64,000 nt of DNA from Spirochaetota bacterium (GCA_035395685.1 DAOPBR010000010.1:4-64003); one strand, 5' to 3'. Positions 7,550 to 16,742 are shown, counted from the stretch's first letter. The notes: generated from the letters alone by a model not told the origin. Program-made: numbers and translations.

Positions 7550-9670
7550 ATGGCGAAAGAAGATAAACCAATAAGAATTTCTGAGTATTATGGCTGCGAT
7601 ACCTTCAATTTCAAGGTAATGGAAGAAAAACTTCCTCGCGAGACATACAAAAAGCTTTTAAAAATCATCAATGATGATGAAAAACTCGATGCCGACACTG
7701 CAAATACTGTCGCGCATGCAATGAAAGAATGGGCTCTCGATAAAGGTGCAACTCATTACTGCCACTGGTTTCAGCCTATGACCGGCTCAACAGCTGAAAA
7801 ACATGACGCATTCGTTGATCCTGTTGGTCCTGGCGAAGTTATCGAAAGATTTTCGGGCAAGCAGCTTGTACAAGGCGAGCCTGATGCATCAAGCTTTCCA
7901 AGCGGCGGAATCAGAGCAACGTTTGAAGCACGCGGCTACACTGCATGGGACATTACAAGTCCTGCATTCATCCAGAGAAGCGGTACTGCAACTACTCTTT
8001 GCATTCCGACTGCATTCATATCTTACACAGGAGAAGCTCTCGACAAAAAGACTCCTCTTTTGAGATCAGTTAAGGCTCTCAGTGAATCTTCAGTGAAGCT
8101 ACTTAACCTTCTTGGTAGCACTGCCAAAAAAGTTATCACAACAGTTGGACCTGAGCAGGAATATTTCTTAATCGATAAAAACTACTTCATGGCAAGAGAA
8201 GACCTTGTTATGAGCGGCAGAACTCTTATCGGATCTGCGCCTTCAAGAGGCCAGCAGCTCGAAGATCATTACTTCGGTTCAATCAAAGAAAAGATCGTAA
8301 GCTACATGAACGACGTTGAAGAAGAACTTTACAGACTCGGTGTTCCGGCAAAAACAAGACACAATGAAGTTGCGCCAAGCCAGTTTGAGCTTGCACCTGT
8401 TTTTGAAGAAGCAAACGTTGCGGTTGATCACAACCACATCGTTATGGAAACTTTGAAAATCATCGCTGCAAAATACGACATGGCTCTTCTTCTTCATGAA
8501 AAACCATTCGCAGGCATCAACGGTTCAGGAAAACACCTTAACTGGTCAATGTCTGACAATGAAGGAAACAATCTCCTTAATCCGGGAAATACTCCTCATG
8601 ACAATCTCCAGTTCCTTGTTGTTCTTACAGCAGTTATCAGAGCAGTTTACAAAAATGCCGACATTCTCCGTGCAACTGTTGCCTCTCCGGGCAATGACCA
8701 CCGTCTCGGCGCAAACGAAGCTCCTCCTGCGATAATTTCAATTTTCTTGGGCGATCAGCTGACTTCTATTGTAGAAAGTATCATGGCCGGCAAAGTAGCA
8801 AAAGCAACTGACCAGGCAATTCTTGATCTCGGCGTTTCTTCGCTTCCGATTCTCAGCAAAGATAACACAGACAGAAACAGAACTTCTCCGTTCGCGTTCA
8901 CAGGAAACAAATTCGAGTTTAGAGCCGTTGGTTCTAACATGTCGATCTCTTTCCCTGCGACAGCAATCAACGCAATGGTAGCAGAAAGCATCGATTTTAT
9001 GTATGACGCTATCAAGGCTAAAGGCGGAGACGTAAAACAGGCCGCTTTCGATGTAATGAAAGATGTTCTTAATGATTCTAAAAATGTACTCTTTATGGGT
9101 GACGGTTATTCGGATGAATGGCAGAAAGAAGCTGCTAAACGCGGTCTTCCGAACTATAAAACTTCTCCTGAAGCTCTCAAAGCCTTCAACACTGATAAAG
9201 CAAAGAAGCTTTTTTCAAAATACAAAATACTTTCTGAAAAAGAGCTTACTGCGAGATATTTCATCCATCTTGAAAGATATGCTAAGATTGTTGATATCGA
9301 AGCTGTATCGCTTTACAACATGGCAATCAGCCAGATTCTTCCTGCAGCTGTGAAATATCAGAATGATCTCGCTTCTTCAATCAAGAAGACTTCAGACATT
9401 CTCGGTGATGATGCAGTGAAAGATCAGAAAGATCTTCTTGCATCTGTTGCGGCATATATCGGCGAAATCAAAAAAGGCGCTGAAAAACTTAACTCCGCAA
9501 CAAAAGAAGCTCACAAGGTTGAAGACGAACAGGCTCATGCTGAATTCTATTGCTCAAAAGTAAAAGAAGCAATGAATTCACTCAGAGACAGTATCGATTC
9601 TCTTGAAAAGATTGCTGACAATGATCTCTGGCCGCTTCCTAAATATTGGGAAATGCTTTTTTTAAACTAA
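7550..9670 (+). CDS. glnN: Glutamine synthetase type III
   Basis: 706 aa, the size class of GSIII. Motifs HEKPFAGINGSGKHLNWS and NRTSPFAFTGNKFEFRAVGS. AGAGGTGA RBS. Confidence 0.9.
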   Translation: MAKEDKPIRISEYYGCDTFNFKVMEEKLPRETYKKLLKIINDDEKLDADTANTVAHAMKEWALDKGATHYCHWFQPMTGSTAEKHDAFVDPVGPGEVIERFSGKQLVQGEPDASSFPSGGIRATFEARGYTAWDITSPAFIQRSGTATTLCIPTAFISYTGEALDKKTPLLRSVKALSESSVKLLNLLGSTAKKVITTVGPEQEYFLIDKNYFMAREDLVMSGRTLIGSAPSRGQQLEDHYFGSIKEKIVSYMNDVEEELYRLGVPAKTRHNEVAPSQFELAPVFEEANVAVDHNHIVMETLKIIAAKYDMALLLHEKPFAGINGSGKHLNWSMSDNEGNNLLNPGNTPHDNLQFLVVLTAVIRAVYKNADILRATVASPGNDHRLGANEAPPAIISIFLGDQLTSIVESIMAGKVAKATDQAILDLGVSSLPILSKDNTDRNRTSPFAFTGNKFEFRAVGSNMSISFPATAINAMVAESIDFMYDAIKAKGGDVKQAAFDVMKDVLNDSKNVLFMGDGYSDEWQKEAAKRGLPNYKTSPEALKAFNTDKAKKLFSKYKILSEKELTARYFIHLERYAKIVDIEAVSLYNMAISQILPAAVKYQNDLASSIKKTSDILGDDAVKDQKDLLASVAAYIGEIKKGAEKLNSATKEAHKVEDEQAHAEFYCSKVKEAMNSLRDSIDSLEKIADNDLWPLPKYWEMLFLN

Positions 9671-9685
9671 GAGTTTGATTATAAT

Positions 9686-9716
9686 GGACGGGTTCTACGC
9701 CCGTCTATTATTTTAC
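9686..9716 (+). terminator. Rho-independent terminator of glnN
   Basis: GACGGG / CCCGTC stem followed by TATTATTTT. Confidence 0.6.
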
Positions 9717-9743
9717 TATTACATACTTCAGCATTATGTCACT

Positions 9744-9761
9744 TTTTTGGATAACTATCCA
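9744..9761. repeat. Copy 1 of an exact 18-nt repeat, TTTTTGGATAACTATCCA, containing the palindrome TGGATA-AC-TATCCA
   Basis: Read directly. The identical 18-mer recurs at 10211..10228. This copy sits 63 nt upstream of the ATG at 9824. Confidence 0.9.
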
Positions 9762-9823
9762 TAAATTCAAAAACAAGAAAAAATATTTATTAGTTCTTAC
9801 GTATTAATTTCATGGAGGATACC

Positions 9824-10357
9824 ATGAGTAATACAAATTATATTCGAACAACAGCTCTTATTGATGAAACCTCATACACAATGCTTAAACAAGCAGGAAT
9901 AGTAAGAGAAAATCAAAGAAATGAGATTATATCATTGATTTTGAAAGCTGTTCTAGGGAAATTCAATTCAGAAAACAAACCACTAGTTAGAACAAGTGTA
10001 AAATATCAGTCACTAATAGATAATTCATGCATTATTCATTATGAAATTAATACCGATATTTATGAAGCATGTCTAGATTTAAGAAAATCAAATAAATTAT
10101 CAGTTTCAAAAATGATAAATGATGGAATTAAAGAATTTTTGCATTCGATTCTTTCATTGGAAATCAAAACAAATCAAAATCATTTAGACTATTCAAATAG
10201 TCCATTTCAGTTTTTGGATAACTATCCAATTGAATACAATTTTTCATCAAAATTTGATAATCAAAAATCTATTCTAACAACAATAATACAAGCCAAAACA
10301 CCGCCTTTCCCAATACAAACAATTTCTTTACATTTTCATAATGATTTATTTACATGA
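9824..10357 (+). CDS. Hypothetical, very AT-rich protein with two ribbon-helix-helix-like repeats
   Basis: Start at the second ATG (a GGAGGA RBS precedes it). Repeat 1: IRTTALID-ETSYTMLKQAG-...NQRNEIISLILKAVL. Repeat 2: IHYEIN-TDIYEACLDLRKSN-KLSVSKMINDGIKEFL. Both have a strand-helix-turn-helix pattern like CopG/Arc. Several 60-nt lines are only 17-35 % GC, versus about 50 % in glnN. Confidence 0.5.
   Translation: MSNTNYIRTTALIDETSYTMLKQAGIVRENQRNEIISLILKAVLGKFNSENKPLVRTSVKYQSLIDNSCIIHYEINTDIYEACLDLRKSNKLSVSKMINDGIKEFLHSILSLEIKTNQNHLDYSNSPFQFLDNYPIEYNFSSKFDNQKSILTTIIQAKTPPFPIQTISLHFHNDLFT
10211..10228. repeat. Copy 2 of the 18-nt palindromic repeat
   Basis: Exact match to 9744..9761. It lies inside the 3' part of the AT-rich ORF, 163 nt upstream of the PHP-GT4 start. 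Confidence 0.9.
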
Positions 10358-10390
10358 TATTGATAATTTCATTACTAAAAGCGGGGTTCC

Positions 10391-13018
10391 ATGAAAAAAC
10401 AAATAGCGCTTCATGATGAAATAGAAACCAATCTTAAAACTTATCTTTTAAAAGAAAAAAATAAATTCCCCATAAAAGACACTTTGAGAATCGATCTTCA
10501 TTGTCACGATAAAAACAGCAATATTCCCGATGAACAGCTTGGAAGAATGCTTGGTCTTCCAGAAACATGGCTTGAACCTGAAAGTCTCATCAATACTCTT
10601 GAAGAGCATAAGTGCACTGCTTTTACCATAACAAATCATAATAATGCTCGTTCCTGTTTTGCACTTCGGGAAAAGGGATACGACATTCTAATCGGAGGCG
10701 AGTTTTCGGTAAAAGTTCCCGATTTTTCAACTGGAATTCATGTTTTAGCCTACGGCTTTTCTGAAAATGATGAAAAAAAGCTGAACAAGCTTAGAGACAA
10801 TTTATATGATTTCCTCGAATATGCTTATTCTAAAAACATTCCGACTGTTTGGGCTCATCCGCTTTACCACTATAAGAAATCCTCAATTCCATCGCTTGAA
10901 CTATTCGAAAAGCTCGCAGTAATTTTTAAGCGCTTCGAAGTAGTCAATGGCCAACGAGATACATGGCAGAATATGCTCATAAAGAACTGGCTCGATTCTC
11001 TTTCTAAAGAAAAGATCAATCAATTTATAAAAAAGTATAAAATTGATTGGAAAAAATACACTGATGATCCCTATTCAAAAGCTTACACGGGCGGAAGCGA
11101 TGAACACATGGGAATTTTCGCGGGGCTTACGGGAACATGCCTCCATGTACCGAAACTTACCGAACGGTTGAAAACAGAGAGATCGTCCGATCTCGCACTA
11201 GAAGCACTTAGGAGCTGCAGGACGTCTGTCTTTGGTTCTCACAACAACAGCGAAAAGATGATGGTTGCATTCATCGATTACTTTTGCCAAATCGGCATAA
11301 ACATGAAAGATCCGGGGCTTTTACATATACTTCTTCACAAAGGTGATTCTTCGGAAAAACTTCTTGCCTTCTTGATTTCAAATGGTTTTGCCGAACTACG
11401 CCGTCACAAAATGACAATGCGTTTTTTAAAAATATTTCATGAAGCATTTGAAGGCAAACCTCCTTCAAGATTCCTCTCATTATTCTTAAAGAAACCATAC
11501 AAACCTATACTTGAAGAAGTCAGAAAAATAGCTTCAGCAAGAAAACGCAATCCGGGAATCAGACCCGTCATTTATAAAAAAGCAATCGAAGGAATTTACT
11601 CTAAGCTTCAATTGCTTTTTTTAAACCGGATTATCGAAAAACTTGAAAACTTATCCGACGGCAATTCCGGCGAATTCAATTATAAAGACATAATCGATTC
11701 CATTGAAATTCCAAGTCATGTCAGGGATTTATCAGCATCAGGAAGAAAATCAAAAATTGACATCGGTGAATTCATCGATGGATTACCCTTCCCTGCGCTT
11801 GCCTCGTCTATAATTACAGCCGCTTCATTCACAAGCGCAAGAGTGATGTACAATACTCGCCCGCTTCTAGAAAAATTCAGCAATGAAATGGGCATTTTCC
11901 GTCATCCGAAACGGGTGCTCTGGCTTACTGACACTCTGGAAGATACAAACGGTGTCGCTATGGTTTTAAAATCATTTCTCTTAGAAATTCAAAGCAGAAA
12001 CCTGCCGATAGACCTTTGTGTCGTTTCATCTAAACTTAAAAGCCAAAAAAACCTGATTGTCCTAAAGCCTCTTGCGGAATTCACACTTCCTTTCTACGAG
12101 AACCAGAAAATAAGAATTCCTGACATAATTGAGCTTCAGAATCTTTTTCTTGAAAACGGTTATGACAGGATAATTTCATCAACTGAAGGTTTCATGGGTC
12201 TTGCTTCGATATTCCTGAAAAAAGCTTATTCTGTTCCGGCATATTTCTATGTTCATACTGACTGGATGACTTTCGCTAAAAAGGTTCTCGATTTTGATAA
12301 AGATAAAAACGCAAAACTCAAACGTCTTCTGAGGTTTTTCTACGGCCAATATGACAAACTTTTTGTACTAAACACTGATCAGAAAAACTGGCTTACAGGT
12401 CCGAACATCGGATTTAATGAAAATAAAGTTTTTCTTACGGCTCATTGGGTGGAGGATGCTTTCAATCCGAAAAAATCCAATAAACAAAAGTTCTTCGGAT
12501 ACAATTCATCTGATCCGGTTCTTCTTTTCACCGGAAGAATTTCCAAGGAAAAAGGAGTCGATGAAGTACCGTTCATTTATTCAGAAGCTAAGAAAAAAAT
12601 TCCAAACCTTAAAATGGTTTTTGCCGGCATCGGCCCGGAGGAAAAACTTCTTAAAGAACAAATTCCTGATGCAGTTTTTCTTGGCTGGGTTGACCATGCA
12701 TCCTTGCCTGAAATATACTCATCTGCCGACATGCTTATCCTGCCTTCACGCTTTGATACTTTCGGATGTGTAGTACTCGAAGCTCTTTCCTGCGGTCTTC
12801 CGGTAGCTTCGTACAAAACAAAAGGTCCTAAAGAAATAATACTTCACGGAAAATGCGGTTATATTGAAAATTCTAGAAAAGAACTTGCCGACAGAGTAAT
12901 CGAATTTTTCTCCTCAAGCGACAAACAGAAAAAATTCAAAAGTGAAGCGATTAAACGCGCGGCATACTTCTCGAAAAATCGGATTCTTGACGAATTCCTT
13001 AAAGCAGTAGATATTTGA
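10391..13018 (+). CDS. Fusion protein: N-terminal PHP phosphoesterase domain plus C-terminal GT4-type (group 1) glycosyltransferase
   Basis: PHP motifs: RIDLHCHDKNS, FTITNHNN, VWAHP, GGSDEHMG. GT4 motifs: LFTGRISKEKGVDE, FAGIGPEE, LPSRFDTFGCVVLEALSCGLPVASY. About 250 aa of unassigned linker lies between them. Confidence 0.8.
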   Translation: MKKQIALHDEIETNLKTYLLKEKNKFPIKDTLRIDLHCHDKNSNIPDEQLGRMLGLPETWLEPESLINTLEEHKCTAFTITNHNNARSCFALREKGYDILIGGEFSVKVPDFSTGIHVLAYGFSENDEKKLNKLRDNLYDFLEYAYSKNIPTVWAHPLYHYKKSSIPSLELFEKLAVIFKRFEVVNGQRDTWQNMLIKNWLDSLSKEKINQFIKKYKIDWKKYTDDPYSKAYTGGSDEHMGIFAGLTGTCLHVPKLTERLKTERSSDLALEALRSCRTSVFGSHNNSEKMMVAFIDYFCQIGINMKDPGLLHILLHKGDSSEKLLAFLISNGFAELRRHKMTMRFLKIFHEAFEGKPPSRFLSLFLKKPYKPILEEVRKIASARKRNPGIRPVIYKKAIEGIYSKLQLLFLNRIIEKLENLSDGNSGEFNYKDIIDSIEIPSHVRDLSASGRKSKIDIGEFIDGLPFPALASSIITAASFTSARVMYNTRPLLEKFSNEMGIFRHPKRVLWLTDTLEDTNGVAMVLKSFLLEIQSRNLPIDLCVVSSKLKSQKNLIVLKPLAEFTLPFYENQKIRIPDIIELQNLFLENGYDRIISSTEGFMGLASIFLKKAYSVPAYFYVHTDWMTFAKKVLDFDKDKNAKLKRLLRFFYGQYDKLFVLNTDQKNWLTGPNIGFNENKVFLTAHWVEDAFNPKKSNKQKFFGYNSSDPVLLFTGRISKEKGVDEVPFIYSEAKKKIPNLKMVFAGIGPEEKLLKEQIPDAVFLGWVDHASLPEIYSSADMLILPSRFDTFGCVVLEALSCGLPVASYKTKGPKEIILHGKCGYIENSRKELADRVIEFFSSSDKQKKFKSEAIKRAAYFSKNRILDEFLKAVDI

Positions 13019-13024
13019 CTTGCC

Positions 13025-13074
13025 AGAATAAGCACCCGTTAATTTCATGAATTCATGAAACGGGCGCTTATTCT
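13025..13074 (+). promoter_or_regulatory. 50-nt near-perfect palindrome spanning the start codon of the downstream gene
   Basis: 16-bp arms AGAATAAGCACCCGTT / AACGGGCGCTTATTCT (one A-C mismatch). They enclose the perfect 14-nt palindrome TCATGAATTCATGA. The ATG at 13055 lies inside the inner palindrome, and codons 2-7 form the 3' arm. Confidence 0.6.
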
Positions 13075-14452
13075 ACTTACTCCTCTTATTCTGATTTCAG
13101 CATTGCTTACTTTTTTAGGTGCGTCGGATTCCTTATCTTCATTCATTAAGTCGGTTTCACCGCAGATTCATAATACGAAAAACTATATCCCGGGAAATTC
13201 TCTAAAAGAAAGCCGCTTTCAAACACTTCCTTCAAACTTCATTTTTTCATTCAATACTCTTATCTACAAAACAAATTCTTCTGAAAATATTTCAGCAATT
13301 GCCAAAAAAGCTCTGCCTTTCACAAGGTTTTATTCATCAAAAGAGCTTGAAGATGCTATAAGAAAAACAAACGCCTTTTCAGGAACTTCCGCAAAGCCTG
13401 GATTGGTTCTCTTGATTCCGAATTCGCTCTCGGCTTTTGAAATCGATCAACGGAACAAAGCCAAAGCCAAGATTCCTTTCACAAAAGGTCTTTACTTCAC
13501 AGCTTCTTCTGCAGGCCGCAATTCCATCATATCAACAATTGATAAATTTTCAGAAATCGGAATCAATACTGTAGTATTCGACATCAAGGATGTTGAAGGT
13601 ACTCTTTCTTTTTATTCTAAAAATCCGATCGCACGTTCTCTTGAACTTGATAAAAACAGAACAATAAACAGTCTTCCCAAGCTAATCTCTGAACTTAAGA
13701 AGCGCAACATTTATACAATTGCAAGAATAGCTTGCTTCAGAGATCATATCATTGCTAAGAAATGCCCGGAACTTGCCGTTAGATCAAAATCACGCGGCGG
13801 CATTTGGAACGAATCATCAAGCGAACTCTGGATTGATCCTACGAACAAATATGTTCAGGAATACATTATAAGTCTCGCCGTAGAAGTAGCAGAATACGGT
13901 GTTGACGAGATTCAGCTTGATTATATACGTTTTCCCACAGCCTCAAATATCGAAGACGCTTCCTTTGCATGGCACTTCGGTTCAATGAAAAAAGAAGAGG
14001 TAATCACCGCTTTTCTCAAAAAGATTTACCATGAAATGAATATTAGAAACACAAATCTCTCAATAGATATTTTCGGAGTTGTTGCCTGGGGATACGAAGG
14101 CGACATCAACAGCACAGGTCAGCGCATCAAACTTCTTGCTCCGTACTGCGATGCTATTTCACCGATGCTTTATCCTTCACACTTCAATGACAGATTTGAC
14201 GGATATCAAAAACCCGGGGACAATCCCGAATATTTCATTGCCAAGGGTGTTGAACTCGTTAAAAAAGACGCCGGCGGAAAGATTGTAAGGCCATGGCTTC
14301 AGGCTTTCGGATGGCGTGTATCAAATTATAATGAAGCGTATATAAAAGCCCAGGTGAAAGCATCTGATGCATCAGGAGCAAAGGGTTACCTTTTCTGGAA
14401 CGCATCAAGCGATTACAAAAAAGTCTATAACGCCTACAGCAGTCAAAAATAA
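13055..14452 (+). CDS. Secreted/anchored TIM-barrel putative glycoside hydrolase (DUF4015 / GH114-like class)
   Basis: N-terminal hydrophobic anchor. Motifs GINTVVFDIKD, ARIACFRD, WIDPTN, YGVDEIQLDYIRFP and SPMLYPSHF match my memory of the DUF4015 family. Confidence 0.65.
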   Translation: MKRALILLTPLILISALLTFLGASDSLSSFIKSVSPQIHNTKNYIPGNSLKESRFQTLPSNFIFSFNTLIYKTNSSENISAIAKKALPFTRFYSSKELEDAIRKTNAFSGTSAKPGLVLLIPNSLSAFEIDQRNKAKAKIPFTKGLYFTASSAGRNSIISTIDKFSEIGINTVVFDIKDVEGTLSFYSKNPIARSLELDKNRTINSLPKLISELKKRNIYTIARIACFRDHIIAKKCPELAVRSKSRGGIWNESSSELWIDPTNKYVQEYIISLAVEVAEYGVDEIQLDYIRFPTASNIEDASFAWHFGSMKKEEVITAFLKKIYHEMNIRNTNLSIDIFGVVAWGYEGDINSTGQRIKLLAPYCDAISPMLYPSHFNDRFDGYQKPGDNPEYFIAKGVELVKKDAGGKIVRPWLQAFGWRVSNYNEAYIKAQVKASDASGAKGYLFWNASSDYKKVYNAYSSQK

Positions 14453-14462
14453 ACCGTTATCA

Positions 14463-15257
14463 TCAAAAAGGATCCGAACTTTCAATCCAGTCTGCAAATG
14501 TGTCAGTATCAGTATCCATTTGTCTTTTTATACAATTTCCTTCTTTGGCAACAGGCAATCCCGCACTTCCCCATTCTGCCCCGGCAGCTTCTTCCTTTGA
14601 ACCGCCGGCAATATAAACACAGTCTATCACCAAATCATTTCTGAAAAGTTTTACAGTTTCACCCGAATTTCGCATTGTAAACTTAAGTTCACCCGATGAA
14701 TTAATTGAATGCAAACTCATTGCAGATACTCCATCCTGGCAATAATATAATATTTCTCCAGGTGCAATCTCCGCATCTCCCAAAGCGCAGGATGATGCAC
14801 CCGCACCAAGAGCAAAACCTTTAAGGCTTATTTTCCCATCCCATGTATTTTTTATAGAAATAAATTCTTTTCCGGAATCTGCTCCTGACGGATTATACAT
14901 AACGCTATATATTTTAACTGCATAATAATTTATTTTTTTATTAATCTGAACATCGCAGCTGTCAGTATATCCGTTAACTGATGCAGTTACTACTACATTA
15001 CCAGGTTTTAGGAATACAGCCTTGCCATGCAAAATAGAAACCAGAAGTTCATCAGACACTGTATAATTCACATCTTCGGCAATAGTCCGTGTTCCGTCTC
15101 TTTTCAGAATAACACTTTTCAGATCAAAAGACTCTCCCTCAGCAACATCCGAAGGAATTATCAGCATTATTCCGCATACATCATCAGGAATTTTGTCCTG
15201 AATTTCGTCCCCTGAACATGAAATGAAAATCAAAGAAAATAATAAAAATAACTTCAT
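14463..15257 (-). CDS. Lipoprotein with a Big_2-like domain and a lamin-tail (LTD)-like domain
   Basis: Lipobox FISCSG. Motifs NYTVSDELLVS...GNVVVTASVNG (Big_2-like) and YSVMYNPSGADSGKEFISIKN...ISLKGFAL (LTD-like). GAGG RBS. Confidence 0.6.
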   Translation of the reverse strand: MKLFLLFSLIFISCSGDEIQDKIPDDVCGIMLIIPSDVAEGESFDLKSVILKRDGTRTIAEDVNYTVSDELLVSILHGKAVFLKPGNVVVTASVNGYTDSCDVQINKKINYYAVKIYSVMYNPSGADSGKEFISIKNTWDGKISLKGFALGAGASSCALGDAEIAPGEILYYCQDGVSAMSLHSINSSGELKFTMRNSGETVKLFRNDLVIDCVYIAGGSKEEAAGAEWGSAGLPVAKEGNCIKRQMDTDTDTFADWIESSDPF

Positions 15258-15427
15258 ACTAACCTCAAAGATTAATACGTTTTTTTAATATTTTTTTTCA
15301 CAGATTCATCAAAAAATTATCATGTTATTGCTCTTATTGATTTTAAATAATATTTATCCTCCCTAATAATTCACCTTTTCCGCAAAATACGAAGATGTTA
15401 AAAAATCAAAAACTTATTAAAAAATTA

Positions 15428-15455
15428 TCGACTCATTTAGCCATAGTGATATCAT
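15428..15455 (+). promoter_or_regulatory. Candidate extended -10 promoter of the flavodiiron gene
   Basis: TCGACT, 16-nt spacer ending in TGa, then TATCAT. Confidence 0.3.
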
Positions 15456-15517
15456 ATAAACAGTTAATTAAAATATCTTGGTTCAATTTCATAAAAATTC
15501 AATTAAAGGAGAATACG

Positions 15518-16678
15518 ATGAAAGCTGTAAAAATAAGAGAAAACATATACTGGGTTGGAGGAATTGACTGGGATCTCAGAAACTTTCACGGCTATATGAC
15601 CCAGAGAGGATCTACATACAACGCCTATCTTATAATTGATGAAAAAATAACGCTGATTGATACAGTAAAATCGTATCTGTATCCTGAAATGACAAAAAGA
15701 ATATCATCAATAATCGATCCCGCAAAAATCGATTACGTTATCGCAAACCATGTTGAAATGGATCATTCGGGAAGCATGCCCGAACTTATGGACCTTATTC
15801 CCAACGCAACTGTTTACACCTCCGCCGCCGGAGAAAAAGGCCTCCGGATGCACTACAAAAAAGACTGGAACTTCAAAATCGTCGACGGAAACAGCGAAAT
15901 TTCAACAGGGAAAAACAAACTTAAATTTGTATTAACTCCGATGGTTCATTGGCCGGACAATATGCTTACATATCTTGAAAATGAGAAAATACTGTTTTCA
16001 AATGACGCTTTCGGCCAGCACATATCCTCTAGCGAACGCTTTGATGACGAATATCCTCTTGATACAATAAAAGAAGAAGCAAAAAAGTATTATGCCAATA
16101 TTGTTCTTCCTTACGGGATTCAGGTACAGAAAGCTCTGGAAATTGCCGGAGCACTACCGATTGAAGTAATCGCTCCAAGTCATGGTATAATCTGGAGAAC
16201 GCATATCCCGGAAATTCTTAAACTTTATACGGCCTGGTCTTCCAATAAAACGTCAAAAAAAGCAGTCATAGTATATGATTCAATGTGGGGTTCAACCAAA
16301 AAGATGGCATACGCGATTTCCGACGCTTTTGAGCAGAAGGGAATAGCCTTTTCCATGTACGACCTCAAACTTACTCATATTTCCGATATCATGACTGATA
16401 TAATAGAAGCTGAGTATATCTGTGTCGGAAGCCCTACACTTAACAATAACATACTACCGACAGTTTCAGCATTTCTCACATACATGAAGGGACTTGCTCC
16501 AAAAGGAAGAAAAGCAATGGCATTCGGTTCATTCGGCTGGGGAGGTCAGAGCGTCGGAATAGTTGAAGAAATACTTGCTTCGTGTAAATTCGAAATACTT
16601 AAGCAACATAAGATTCAGTATATCCCTGACGAAAGCCAGCTTAAAAATATTACTGAAGAAACGGCTTCCCTTATCTAA
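15518..16678 (+). CDS. Flavodiiron protein (metallo-beta-lactamase-like domain plus flavodoxin domain); O2/NO reductase
   Basis: Start at the internal ATG (AAAGGAG RBS); the listed 41-aa N-terminal extension is rejected. Di-iron motif NHVEMDHSG. C-terminal flavodoxin segment VIVYDSMWGSTKKMA. Confidence 0.9.
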   Translation: MKAVKIRENIYWVGGIDWDLRNFHGYMTQRGSTYNAYLIIDEKITLIDTVKSYLYPEMTKRISSIIDPAKIDYVIANHVEMDHSGSMPELMDLIPNATVYTSAAGEKGLRMHYKKDWNFKIVDGNSEISTGKNKLKFVLTPMVHWPDNMLTYLENEKILFSNDAFGQHISSSERFDDEYPLDTIKEEAKKYYANIVLPYGIQVQKALEIAGALPIEVIAPSHGIIWRTHIPEILKLYTAWSSNKTSKKAVIVYDSMWGSTKKMAYAISDAFEQKGIAFSMYDLKLTHISDIMTDIIEAEYICVGSPTLNNNILPTVSAFLTYMKGLAPKGRKAMAFGSFGWGGQSVGIVEEILASCKFEILKQHKIQYIPDESQLKNITEETASLI

Positions 16679-16705
16679 AAAAAACGGCTTAAGCCGTTTT
16701 TTTTA
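16679..16705 (+). terminator. Rho-independent terminator
   Basis: Perfect palindrome AAAACGGCTT/AAGCCGTTTT followed by a T-run. Confidence 0.85.
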
Positions 16706-16714
16706 ATTTCATCT

Positions 16715-16742
16715 GCCGGAAAATTATTGACAGTTTTCCGGC
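16715..16742 (+). terminator. Second hairpin (possible tandem terminator)
   Basis: 9-bp stem GCCGGAAAA / TTTTCCGGC with a 10-nt loop, followed by TGTCGTTTTTATTGTTTTT. The loop contains TTGACA, so it could instead overlap the tRNA promoter. Confidence 0.35.

Noticed and set aside
13047-13058. Three-codon uORF (ATG AAT TCA TGA) overlapping the start codon of the hydrolase gene
   Set aside because: It is an automatic consequence of the TCATGAATTCATGA palindrome and has no RBS. It is reported only as part of the palindrome finding.
15395-15517. 41-aa N-terminal extension of the flavodiiron ORF
   Set aside because: The extension is AT-rich and low in complexity. The internal ATG at 15518 is preceded by AAAGGAG and gives the canonical flavodiiron N-terminus (MKAVKI.ENIYWVG).
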